From the IMG/VR virus record IMGVR_UViG_3300025575_000011, positions 20,151-84,150 of that record: 64,000 nt of DNA; one strand, 5' to 3'. The position numbers were made by a program, and so were the translations under genes. The notes below the pieces were generated by a model that made no database searches, had not been told where the DNA came from, and was given only the letters and a program-made list of their open reading frames with translations. This DNA is from a virus. Its lineage: Duplodnaviria > Caudoviricetes. Shown here one piece after another: positions 1-9,172 of this stretch (its first letter is position 1; every line of letters begins with the position of its first letter).

Positions 1-90
1 TTAAATTAATACTATAAAGCGATTATTTTATTCTACAAATAGAAAGGAAATGAATTATGAAATTAAATTTCACAGTAGATATAGACAGAA

Positions 91-423
91 GTGATGACAT
101 ATGATTTACAAGAGGAACTATTAAATAAAGCGTCAGAAAAATTTATAGAGGGTATTTTAGGGAACAAGTGGGATGATGATACCTTGTATGAAAAACTAGA
201 AAAAAGAGTCATATCAAAACTAGAGATAATTATGGACGCAGACTTTAAAAATTCAGTATCTACAAAAGTCACTGATAATCTAGTTAAGAAATTTGAAAGG
301 ACTAAACAATACAAAATATTACAATCCAATGGAGAAGTGGTTGCAGATGGTATAATCAAAAGTGGATTAAAGGATTTAATTGCTGAGATTGTCAGAAGTG
401 AAATGAAAAAAGTATTTAAATAG
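91..423 (+). CDS. hypothetical phage protein
   Basis: 110 aa ORF in operon-like arrangement with the next gene; no recognised motif. Confidence 0.6.
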   Translation: MMTYDLQEELLNKASEKFIEGILGNKWDDDTLYEKLEKRVISKLEIIMDADFKNSVSTKVTDNLVKKFERTKQYKILQSNGEVVADGIIKSGLKDLIAEIVRSEMKKVFK

Positions 424-439
424 AAAGGAGGAAGATAAT

Positions 440-937
440 ATGATTATTCAAAAAACACAAGATTACCTAAATTATGTAAAAGAGCATAAACAAAATGTAA
501 AACTTGCATGGAAGGAACTTCAGGAAAAATGTGAGGGCAAAGGATTTTCATTTATTTATGATGACTGGAAGTACCATATCTTATGTTCATTAATTGAAAA
601 GCATGATGATAGTAAATTATCTAATGAAGAATTTATTCCATACAGACAGAAATTTTATCCATGTGAAGGAGAAAACATTGACAAATCTTTGTTTGGTGTA
701 GCGTGGGAGCATCACAAAAATAACAATCCTCATCATTGGGAACATTGGTTAAATCATGAACCTTCAACCCCTTATGATAAAAGTATGTACGCTGTTGAAA
801 TGGTTTGTGATTGGATGGCAATGGGTTATAAGTTTGGTGATACAGCAGAATCGTTTTATTTAAATAATAAAAATAAGATTATTTTACCTGTATCTGAAGA
901 CTATATTTTTGAAATATTTAATGCGATAAAGCAATAA
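440..937 (+). CDS. HD-like metal-dependent hydrolase (DUF5662-like phage family)
   Basis: HKQNV, HDDSK, AWEHHKNNNPHHWE, EMVCDWMAM motifs; AGGAGG RBS. Confidence 0.7.
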   Translation: MIIQKTQDYLNYVKEHKQNVKLAWKELQEKCEGKGFSFIYDDWKYHILCSLIEKHDDSKLSNEEFIPYRQKFYPCEGENIDKSLFGVAWEHHKNNNPHHWEHWLNHEPSTPYDKSMYAVEMVCDWMAMGYKFGDTAESFYLNNKNKIILPVSEDYIFEIFNAIKQ

Positions 938-988
938 TTCGAAATTAAGATTTTAAAGGATTATAATTAATATTGGGAGGGATTAACA

Positions 989-1768
989 ATGAATAGCCCT
1001 ATATCTTGGGTGGGTGGCAAAAGTAGACTTAGAAATAAAATAATTGAACTTATACCCGAACATATTTGTTACGTTGAGGTTTTTGGTGGAAGTGGTGCTG
1101 TATTATTTGGAAAGACTCCAAGTAAAGTTGAGGCGTATAATGATAGGTTAGATTACTTAGTAAATATGTTCAAAGTATTTAAAACTATGCCAGAAGAATT
1201 CTTAAAAGAAATGGACTTAATACCTGTATCAAGAACAATATTCAATGAATTTAAAAGTGATTATTACCATTTAGAAGATTTCACAGATGTAGAAAAAGCT
1301 GTTAGATTTTATTACTTAATTAAGGCAGGATTTGGATCTAGTTTACCCGGAGGCGGAGGAGGTTGTGGATTCGGAATAAGAACTGAAAGTCCATCAAGAT
1401 TGAATTTAGATAAGGTAGAAGTAAATATTCGTCAAACATTTGAAAGACTGAAAAAAGTATTTATTGAGAATTTAGATTTTGAGGATTTAATAAATAGGTA
1501 TGACAAAGAACATACTGTATTTTATTGCGATCCTCCATACATAGCCAGTAGAGAATACATAATTAAATTTACATTAGAAGATCATAAAAGACTTGCTAAT
1601 AAATTACATAATATAAAAGGCAAATTTATTTTAAGCATAAATAATCACGAATTAAGTCATGAATTATACAAGGATATGAACATTAAAGAAATAGAGCATA
1701 ATTATTCTATGAGGAAAGATAGTCACAATACCGAGTGCAAAGAGTTAATTATCACTAATTTTACTTAA
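989..1768 (+). CDS. dam: Dam-like N6-adenine DNA methyltransferase (D12 class)
   Basis: WVGGKS, YVEVFGGSGAVL (SAM binding), FYCDPPY (catalytic). Confidence 0.92.
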   Translation: MNSPISWVGGKSRLRNKIIELIPEHICYVEVFGGSGAVLFGKTPSKVEAYNDRLDYLVNMFKVFKTMPEEFLKEMDLIPVSRTIFNEFKSDYYHLEDFTDVEKAVRFYYLIKAGFGSSLPGGGGGCGFGIRTESPSRLNLDKVEVNIRQTFERLKKVFIENLDFEDLINRYDKEHTVFYCDPPYIASREYIIKFTLEDHKRLANKLHNIKGKFILSINNHELSHELYKDMNIKEIEHNYSMRKDSHNTECKELIITNFT

Positions 1769-1806
1769 TATCCAACTAATATATAATAACATTATTATCA
1801 TAAATA

Positions 1807-2007
1807 GTGATTGTAGTTCATTCACAGTATAAGGAGGATAACGAAATAGATAATGATAAACTAATTAGTGTTCTGAACTCAATTGAGTTTACATTGGTAA
1901 AACTAGATAATAGAATTACTTCACTAGAGATAAATGCGAATAAAGACTCTAATCGTCCTAAACCTATGCAGATGATTGATCAAGATGGAAATATTGTATA
2001 TTATTAA
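1807..2007 (+). CDS. small hypothetical protein
   Basis: 66 aa ORF directly after the methylase. Confidence 0.4.
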   Translation: MIVVHSQYKEDNEIDNDKLISVLNSIEFTLVKLDNRITSLEINANKDSNRPKPMQMIDQDGNIVYY

Positions 2008-2207
2008 ACCACCAAGAAATTTTGGTTTTATGGGAATATGCCTAAAATACATAAATAAGTAGTTTTTCATAAATCTAAGCAATAAACCCCTGTAACCATT
2101 GGTATGACTACGTTTGAGACACTTCAAGGCATATAAATAATTAGTCCATAAAACTTTCCCCATAAAAAAGAAGTTTTAAAGGATAAAAAAAATTAGGAGA
2201 GTGTAAG

Positions 2208-2474
2208 ATGAATAAAGTTAAGTTTGACAGAAAGTTTTTAAGAGATGATTTAGAATTGCCATACAGTGCAACAGAGAATAATATTATTGACTCAAGTAGA
2301 TGGAGTATTCAGCACAAAATTGTCTTTGCATACGAGGATAAGTTTTATCAAGCATATTACTCAAAAGGTGCTACTGAAATGCAAGATGAAAGTCCTTGGG
2401 AATATGAAGAAGAAGTTGAATGTATTGAGGTAGAACTAAAAGAAGTTAAAGTTATGCAGTGGGTGACCGTATAA
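2208..2474 (+). CDS. hypothetical phage protein (acidic)
   Basis: 88 aa ORF, AGGAG RBS. Confidence 0.7.
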   Translation: MNKVKFDRKFLRDDLELPYSATENNIIDSSRWSIQHKIVFAYEDKFYQAYYSKGATEMQDESPWEYEEEVECIEVELKEVKVMQWVTV

Positions 2475-2475
2475 T

Positions 2476-2715
2476 ATGAAGATTAAAGACATTGTGGGTA
2501 TAAATACAAAATGTGATTGCGGTTGTGATATCCCATATTTTAAAATTGTGTTTTTTCATAAGATTGGCATTTGTTATTTTAAAGAATGTACTGGTGACTG
2601 GTGGTTAAGGTTTATGTGGAGAGGTAAAAAATTTAAAGGGTGGAGACAATATTCAACGGTCAGTGGTTGGAGAAATTATAACATGTCATATGGATATGAG
2701 GAGTATTTTTTCTAG
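2476..2715 (+). CDS. hypothetical protein
   Basis: 79 aa ORF abutting the previous gene. Confidence 0.55.
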   Translation: MKIKDIVGINTKCDCGCDIPYFKIVFFHKIGICYFKECTGDWWLRFMWRGKKFKGWRQYSTVSGWRNYNMSYGYEEYFF

Positions 2716-2775
2716 AAAATAAGGTAGATTAAAAGTTCATTTTCATGGGATTAATAAGAAAGAAGGAAGATTAAA

Positions 2776-2964
2776 ATGAATATCAGTGATTTAACTGTTG
2801 GTGACATTGTGGATGCTTACATAAATGGTGAAGAAACACATAGGGTAATGATCATAGAAATTGGTGAAACATTGGTTTTTGGTATTGATTCAGATAATGA
2901 AGAGTATTCCATTGAGCCAAGAAGTGAGATTGAACGAGTTATTGCTAACATTAATGAACTGTAA
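2776..2964 (+). CDS. small hypothetical protein
   Basis: 62 aa ORF, GAAGGA RBS. Confidence 0.6.
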   Translation: MNISDLTVGDIVDAYINGEETHRVMIIEIGETLVFGIDSDNEEYSIEPRSEIERVIANINEL

Positions 2965-2981
2965 ATTAGATATAATATTAT

Positions 2982-3010
2982 TTGCATTATGCCCATGAAT
3001 ATGTTATACT
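2982..3010 (+). promoter_or_regulatory. sigma-A-type promoter of the replication operon
   Basis: TTGCAT-17 nt-TATACT. Confidence 0.7.
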
Positions 3011-3173
3011 ATACATACGAGGTTAAACAATAAATATTTAAAGAAAGGATTGATTGGTTGAAGAACTCAGGTAACTGCTGGAAGCCCATCAAACGTGGGA
3101 ATTCCCCTCCTATTCAATTTATCGTTTAAATACATAATATAAATAATATAATTGAAAGAAGGAATTATTAAAA

Positions 3174-4148
3174 ATGGCAAAGAAAACATTTAAACTAGAG
3201 CAAACTAAGGGTAACTTCAAATTTGAGGGAATTGTTGTTGGTATTTCTAAAGATACGGCTTTTATTGAAAGCGAAACCAAAGACCATAAGCCATACCGTA
3301 GCATAAGATTTATGGTTAAAACAAGTGCAACAAACATTGAGAATGTAGAACTGTTTGGGGCAGAACAAGATTTTGTGTATGCTTACTCAAGAAATGATCA
3401 AAAAACACTAAAAGTACCATTTGCCGAAAGAAACAATGAGTTTCCTGATGGTTATCACTTAATTGGAGTAAACGTAACTGTTGGAGAAGAAGAACGAGCA
3501 ACATTCGCAGATTTTGACGCAGCAGAAGCAATTTACCAAGGCTTTAGTGATGGAGATAGTGTCCATGTTGCAGGAGAAATTAAACCTAATTCATACATAA
3601 GCTCTACAAGTGGCTTACTGGTTAGTAATTTCAAGTATATCATTAAAACAATTTATACAAAAAAGAAACCTGTTGACTTTGAAGAAGCATCATTTAAAGA
3701 AACAGCATCTTTTGACCACGAATTAGTCATTACTGACGCAAATCTTGATAAAGATACAGATAAGGTTATTGTGAATGGTTATGCAATTGGGTATGCTGAT
3801 TCCGTAAAGCAAATTCAATTTGTAATTCATAATGACAAAAATCCAAAGTTAGGTAAAAACTTCTTGAAACTAAAATTTGGTGATTTCATTAAGGTACTTG
3901 GAATTTGTACAAATGCTCCTCAACAACAAGCTGTAGAAGAAGACGAATGGGGTTCTGAAGTTCCACAAGGATACAATACTGGTGGAAAGTATATTTCAGA
4001 ATTACGAATTACAGCAGTTGATAAGGACAAAGATGGTGCTTCAGTCTTCAAAAAAGGTAAGTATAATGAAGAAAGTTTTGCTGAAGATGATGAACAAGAA
4101 GAAAAACCAGAGTCAAAAGAATTAGAAGATGATGACTTGCCGTTTTAG
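3174..4148 (+). CDS. single-stranded DNA-binding protein (phage type)
   Basis: very acidic tail ending DDDLPF, typical of SSB; first gene of the replication operon. Confidence 0.7.
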   Translation: MAKKTFKLEQTKGNFKFEGIVVGISKDTAFIESETKDHKPYRSIRFMVKTSATNIENVELFGAEQDFVYAYSRNDQKTLKVPFAERNNEFPDGYHLIGVNVTVGEEERATFADFDAAEAIYQGFSDGDSVHVAGEIKPNSYISSTSGLLVSNFKYIIKTIYTKKKPVDFEEASFKETASFDHELVITDANLDKDTDKVIVNGYAIGYADSVKQIQFVIHNDKNPKLGKNFLKLKFGDFIKVLGICTNAPQQQAVEEDEWGSEVPQGYNTGGKYISELRITAVDKDKDGASVFKKGKYNEESFAEDDEQEEKPESKELEDDDLPF

Positions 4149-4229
4149 AAATTACTAGGGGCTTAGTAGCGAGCTAAGATTAATCTCTTAGCTCAACAAA
4201 TAAATAAAATAAATGGAGGAATTTAAATA

Positions 4230-5219
4230 ATGGCAGGATTTAAAAAAGCGTCAAGAGAAAAATTGTGGGTAAAAGTATTAATGGCAGGTTCGTCAGGTGC
4301 AGGAAAATCTTACACAGCATTAAGAGTAGCAAAAGGCATGGCAAAAAAGACAGGCGGTAAAGTGGCAGCCATTGATACAGAGAATGGTCGTATTAGATAC
4401 TATGCAAATGAATTTGACTTTGATGATATGCAATTAGAGTCTCCTTACAGCCCTGAGAAATACATAGAAGCAATTGAAGAAGCCGTGGATGGTGGATATA
4501 CAGTATTGATCCTTGATAGTATTTCTCATGAGTGGGAATTCTGCTTAGACGTTCACTCTAAAATGCCGGGGAATTCATACACAAACTGGTCAAAAGTTAC
4601 CCCACGACATGACAAATTCATGGAAAAGATTCTTCAAGCTCCAATTCATGTAATTGCAACTGCAAGAGGAAAAGATGAGTATGTACTTGAAGAAAAGAAT
4701 GGCAAGCAAGTTCCTAAGAAAGTAGGTTTGGGATATAAACAAAGGGATGGTGTTGAGTATAATTACACTGTAACTTTTAATATTGACCAACAATCTCATG
4801 TTGCGACTGCTACAAAGGATAACACACATATTTTTGAAGAGCGATATGACGTTCTTACTGAAAAAGATGGTGTTGCATTGTATGAGTGGGCAAATAGTGG
4901 AGATGCACCTATTGCACCAGTAAAGAATGAAGTAGTAGAAGAAAAACCTGAAAAGAAGGTAGTAGTTGAGGAAAAGAAAGTAACTAAAGTGAAGGAAGAA
5001 GAAGTTCCAGTCGAAGATGACGAACCAGACTTTGACGATGAAGTTTCTGCTTTAGACGTACAGAAGAAAATCACAACTCTAGCAAAAACATTTGAACCAA
5101 GTGTGAAGAAAGAATTTGGTGCAAAGGTTAAGAAATTATTAGTAACAACTGCTAATTATAATAAATGTGAAGATATTGAGCAATTACAAGCAATCCTGAC
5201 TATTGCGGAAGGTATGTAA
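4230..5219 (+). CDS. Sak4-like AAA recombination ATPase
   Basis: Walker A GSSGAGKS, IDTENG, LILDSISHEW; follows SSB. Confidence 0.8.
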   Translation: MAGFKKASREKLWVKVLMAGSSGAGKSYTALRVAKGMAKKTGGKVAAIDTENGRIRYYANEFDFDDMQLESPYSPEKYIEAIEEAVDGGYTVLILDSISHEWEFCLDVHSKMPGNSYTNWSKVTPRHDKFMEKILQAPIHVIATARGKDEYVLEEKNGKQVPKKVGLGYKQRDGVEYNYTVTFNIDQQSHVATATKDNTHIFEERYDVLTEKDGVALYEWANSGDAPIAPVKNEVVEEKPEKKVVVEEKKVTKVKEEEVPVEDDEPDFDDEVSALDVQKKITTLAKTFEPSVKKEFGAKVKKLLVTTANYNKCEDIEQLQAILTIAEGM

Positions 5220-5271
5220 TTAAAGTAGGAGGGGATTAATTTCCCCTCTATCCTAATCTAAGGAGAGTAAA

Positions 5272-5832
5272 ATGCCTAAATGTAATTATTGTAAAAATGA
5301 TACAGAGAAGAAAGACGTAATTAAATATCTAGATGAGTATATTAAAACACCTAAGAGAGTAAACATGTGCTCACAAACTTGTATTGAAAATTATAAAAGG
5401 GAACAAGATTCTAAGATAAAAGAAAGAGATGGATACCTTTTACTTTGTGATTATGTAATGAAAGTGCATAATTATACATTTTTACCAAATGGCTTTTATA
5501 CCGTCTTAAAAGATTTAAGAGATGGGACTATAAGGCAAAGAGAAATTCTTATTAAAAAAGATAAACAAGGAGTGCCTTGGAAGGATTTATTAGTTTCATA
5601 TAAATTTTCTGAAGCAAGTATAAAAAGATCAGCTTTAACAAAATCGTTTAATACTTTAACAAATGAATTATTATATGGTCTAGCAATAGTAAAAAATAAT
5701 TTAGTTAAGGCTAAACAATTACAGAAACAAAAAGAAATGAATGAAAAGATTGTTAATAAGGTTAATTTAGATGACGAAACTCATTATACTAAAAAAGTGT
5801 TTAAAGATGATATTAGCAATATGTTAGATTGA
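5272..5832 (+). CDS. Zn-binding replication accessory protein (possible helicase loader)
   Basis: CNYC...CSQTC; directly upstream of the helicase. Confidence 0.45.
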   Translation: MPKCNYCKNDTEKKDVIKYLDEYIKTPKRVNMCSQTCIENYKREQDSKIKERDGYLLLCDYVMKVHNYTFLPNGFYTVLKDLRDGTIRQREILIKKDKQGVPWKDLLVSYKFSEASIKRSALTKSFNTLTNELLYGLAIVKNNLVKAKQLQKQKEMNEKIVNKVNLDDETHYTKKVFKDDISNMLD

Positions 5833-5843
5833 GGAGAGTTTAA

Positions 5844-7379
5844 ATGGCAGAAGTAAAAAAAGAACAAGAGTTATATGACAATATTTACCTAAGTGAAAGT
5901 TACTTAGTAGGACTCTTTTGGGTTAACCCTGAACTCTATCTTACATATACAGAGGATAAAATTAATCACAAAACTTTTGCAAATAGAATTTGGCAGTTGT
6001 ATTTTTACTTAGGAAAAGAACTTACCGACACTGGTAAGAGAATTTTTGATGATATTACAGTTGAAGAATATGTTTCTAAGACAACTAAAATACAAAAGAG
6101 TTATCGCGAGTATGGAGAATACCAAACCATGCAGGAAATCATTAATGAGGTAAGGGACAAGGAAGAAAACTTTGAAGGCTATTATGACGAAGTAAAGAAA
6201 TTTAATATGTTAAGATCCTTATTTGAATTATTTGGAGAACAAGTTATCACTGTAAAAGGTAAATATAATTATAAAAACATGTCTTCAGAGCAAATCGGAA
6301 CATACTGGCAGGACAATGTAAACAAAAGGTTAGTGCTTTGTGATAGTAAAATTGAGGAACACAACTTACTAGAAGGTCTAGAAAGTTTTATTGAAGAAAT
6401 TGATGATAAACCTGATATTGGTCTTCCTTTTGACAATAGTAGAGATTTCACTAATATTTGTAATGGGTGGGATTTTGGTCACATTTACATATTTTCAAGT
6501 TTCTCAGGCAAAGGAAAAACATCTTTTGCTATGGCTAAAGTCATAATGTCTTGTGTAAAGCATAAGGAAAAATTACTTATCATAGCAAATGAAATGGGAG
6601 TAAAGGAGTATAAGAAACTACTACTCATTACAATTATGGGAAATGAAATGTACGAGTGGTTACAAACAAAAGGATATAAGGGATTCCATCGGCAGAATAT
6701 TGACAAAGGAAATTTCTCAGAAGAGGACAAGGAAAAATTAAGAGAAGCTACTAAAATAATTAAAGCTGTTACTGATGGACAACATGATTACATAAAATTT
6801 GTACCTTTGGACATTTATACAATCGCTAATGTAGAAAAAACCATTAGATATTATGCCAATAGAGGATACAAAAGATTGATAGTTGATACTGCAAAACCAA
6901 GTGATGGTAATAAAGAAAGATGGGTACAGTTTACAGAGGATTTCGAGAAGATATATAAATTAGCTAGACCAAATGGTGGTGGACTAAATTTAGCAGTATA
7001 CACTACAGTTCAATTGGCTGATGCTAATGTAAAACAAAGGTATTTAGATGAAACTTGTTTGGGCGATGCTAAGAAGATCAAAAATGTTGCAAGTGTCGTG
7101 TGGCACATGAGGGGTGTTTGGGATGATGAATTCAAAGACTGTAAAAGAGAAATTAAAGTTTATCAATATCGTAAACAAGCAGGAACTCCAAAGGGATATG
7201 AAACTGTTGAATTTACTCTAGAAAAAAGTAGTGATTATACATATATGCTAATGTTTACTTCAAAAAATAGGCGTGGAATGTCAAATGACACGGGGTTAGA
7301 TGTTCTAGTGTTTAAGGTTTCGTTTAATCGTAATAGTTGGCAAGAAATAGGGTGGACAAAAATATATAAAGACTATTAG
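5844..7379 (+). CDS. dnaB: DnaB-like replicative helicase
   Basis: Walker A SFSGKGKT, LIVDT, VQLAD and SKNRRG motifs. Confidence 0.85.
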   Translation: MAEVKKEQELYDNIYLSESYLVGLFWVNPELYLTYTEDKINHKTFANRIWQLYFYLGKELTDTGKRIFDDITVEEYVSKTTKIQKSYREYGEYQTMQEIINEVRDKEENFEGYYDEVKKFNMLRSLFELFGEQVITVKGKYNYKNMSSEQIGTYWQDNVNKRLVLCDSKIEEHNLLEGLESFIEEIDDKPDIGLPFDNSRDFTNICNGWDFGHIYIFSSFSGKGKTSFAMAKVIMSCVKHKEKLLIIANEMGVKEYKKLLLITIMGNEMYEWLQTKGYKGFHRQNIDKGNFSEEDKEKLREATKIIKAVTDGQHDYIKFVPLDIYTIANVEKTIRYYANRGYKRLIVDTAKPSDGNKERWVQFTEDFEKIYKLARPNGGGLNLAVYTTVQLADANVKQRYLDETCLGDAKKIKNVASVVWHMRGVWDDEFKDCKREIKVYQYRKQAGTPKGYETVEFTLEKSSDYTYMLMFTSKNRRGMSNDTGLDVLVFKVSFNRNSWQEIGWTKIYKDY

Positions 7380-7396
7380 AAAAGAAGGTATCTCTA

Positions 7397-8419
7397 TTGA
7401 CTGATTTACAAATTATTAAAAAGAAAATATTTGATGAAGAGAAAATAGAATACCTTCTGGAGCAACTTGGTTGTGAAAATATTAAGTCAGAGCAACAAGG
7501 GCAACTAATTACAGCAAAACTTCCAGATAGTATTGAGTCTTCTAATAACAGAAGTGTTCAGGTTAAAGTCAGAGAGAGTTTATCATCATACATAAGAAGT
7601 AAAAATGTCCAAGGAGATATATTTAATCTAGTAGAGTTCATTCAAGAGTGTGATCTTTGTCAAGCTAAGTATTGGGTGTGTAATGTTTTAAATTATGATA
7701 TAACTTTTAACGATTACAAGCCCAAGAAAGATTGGAATGAAAGATTACACAACATACTAAAAAAAAGACAAAAGGAGTATGCACCATCTGTAAACATCCT
7801 CTTATCAGAAGATTCATTATTACAATATGCCAAAATACCATCTCATGAATGGTGGAAAGAAGGGTTATTATGTAAAACACAAATTGAATTTGAGGTTGGA
7901 TTAGATGGTAGTGGTGGAGCAGATAAAATAGTGTTCCCAATACGTGATGAAAACACAGGGTTATTGACTATCAAAGAAAGATTTACTCATGAGTTTGAAG
8001 AATTCCATAAGGACATGAAATATTTTTACGCCTATCCTTATAATAGACAATTGAATGTTTTCAACTTACATAGAGCAAAGGAACATACTCAAGATATAAT
8101 TTATGTATTTGAGGGAGAAAAATCGTGCATGTTCGCATGGCAATGGAACGTGAAAAACACAGTGTCCACACAGGGTAAGGAAATTTCGCCTTTACAAATT
8201 CTTAAATTATTAAGGTTAGACTGTAAAATAATATTTGTATTTGATAAAGATGTACCACTTGATTTCTTTAGTAAGTACAAAAATCAACTCATGACAAGAT
8301 TATCTTATTGTATTTTGGATGTAGATAACTTGTTTGAAGGTAAAGAATCTCCTGTGGATAGGGGGAAAGAGAGTTTTTTAAAATTAATTAATGAACCAAA
8401 AAATAGATTTAAAATTTAG
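7397..8419 (+). CDS. DNA primase (TOPRIM)
   Basis: IVFPIRD, YVFEGEKS, FVFDKD; TTG start. Confidence 0.85.
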   Translation: MTDLQIIKKKIFDEEKIEYLLEQLGCENIKSEQQGQLITAKLPDSIESSNNRSVQVKVRESLSSYIRSKNVQGDIFNLVEFIQECDLCQAKYWVCNVLNYDITFNDYKPKKDWNERLHNILKKRQKEYAPSVNILLSEDSLLQYAKIPSHEWWKEGLLCKTQIEFEVGLDGSGGADKIVFPIRDENTGLLTIKERFTHEFEEFHKDMKYFYAYPYNRQLNVFNLHRAKEHTQDIIYVFEGEKSCMFAWQWNVKNTVSTQGKEISPLQILKLLRLDCKIIFVFDKDVPLDFFSKYKNQLMTRLSYCILDVDNLFEGKESPVDRGKESFLKLINEPKNRFKI

Positions 8420-8422
8420 GAG

Positions 8423-9172
8423 ATGAAATTATTGGTAAATGTAAAGGAAATGGTATGGAGCTTTAGTAGACTTAATAGTTTTCACGGGTGTAAACATGCT
8501 TGGTATAATTCATATGTTTTAAAAGATAGGGGAGAGAGTAATTCTTTTGCTATTTATGGGACTTTAGTCCATCAATTATTTGAGGATTATACTAGTGGCA
8601 AATTAGAAGTTTATGAACTAGTAGAGGAATTTGAAAAGCAATACGATTCTAATGTTTGGGACTTCCCTCCTAACAAATATGTTAATCTTAGTGATTCATA
8701 TAGGAGTCAGGGGGTAGAATATTTTACAAGTTTTGACGGTTTTGACGAATACAAAATATTAGGGACAGAGAAAAAGATTAATTTTGAAATAGATGGTTAT
8801 AAATTTGTTGGATATATAGATAGTTTGTTGGAAGATGAGTATGGAAAAATGATTGTACAAGATTATAAATCAAAGGCAGCATTCAAAAGTAAGAAAGAGA
8901 AAAAAGAATATGCTAGGCAACTTTATCTGTACTCCGTCCCATTAATTGAGGAATACGGAAAATGTCCAGATAAATTAGTTTTTAATATGTTCAGAAAACA
9001 AAAGATGGAAGAGATAAAGTTTGATGTAAAAGATTTGGAAGAAGCAAAAAAATGGGCGTTAGATACAATTGAAGCTGTCAGTAAGGAAGAAGAATTCCCT
9101 GCTACAATAAATGATTTCTTTTGCAATCAATTGTGTAATATGAGAGCAAAATGTGAAGAAAGGTTGAAGTAA
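8423..9172 (+). CDS. PD-(D/E)XK Cas4/AddB-like exonuclease
   Basis: GTLVHQ, GYIDSL, QDYKS, QLYLY; N-terminal Cys plus C-terminal CxxCxxxxxC Fe-S pattern. Confidence 0.85.
   Translation: MKLLVNVKEMVWSFSRLNSFHGCKHAWYNSYVLKDRGESNSFAIYGTLVHQLFEDYTSGKLEVYELVEEFEKQYDSNVWDFPPNKYVNLSDSYRSQGVEYFTSFDGFDEYKILGTEKKINFEIDGYKFVGYIDSLLEDEYGKMIVQDYKSKAAFKSKKEKKEYARQLYLYSVPLIEEYGKCPDKLVFNMFRKQKMEEIKFDVKDLEEAKKWALDTIEAVSKEEEFPATINDFFCNQLCNMRAKCEERLK

Larger units (their letters stand above)
10..2750. repeat. cluster of five 10-6-10 pseudo-palindromic sites (10-35, 935-960, 2010-2035, 2158-2183, 2725-2750)
   Basis: arms of type TAGNWTAAAA or TCCTTTAAAA and TTTYATGGGA around variable 6-bp spacers. Confidence 0.7.

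Noticed and set aside
3050-3117. GAAGAACTCAGGTAACTGCTGGAAGCCC with small hairpins in the SSB leader, resembling the P3/P4 start of bacterial group I introns
   Set aside because: No matching Q, R or S elements downstream and no interrupted gene; at most a remnant or chance similarity.
8423-9172. Cas4-like gene as a sign of CRISPR
   Set aside because: Sits in the replication operon with no cas1/cas2 or array; Cas4-like exonucleases are common in phages.
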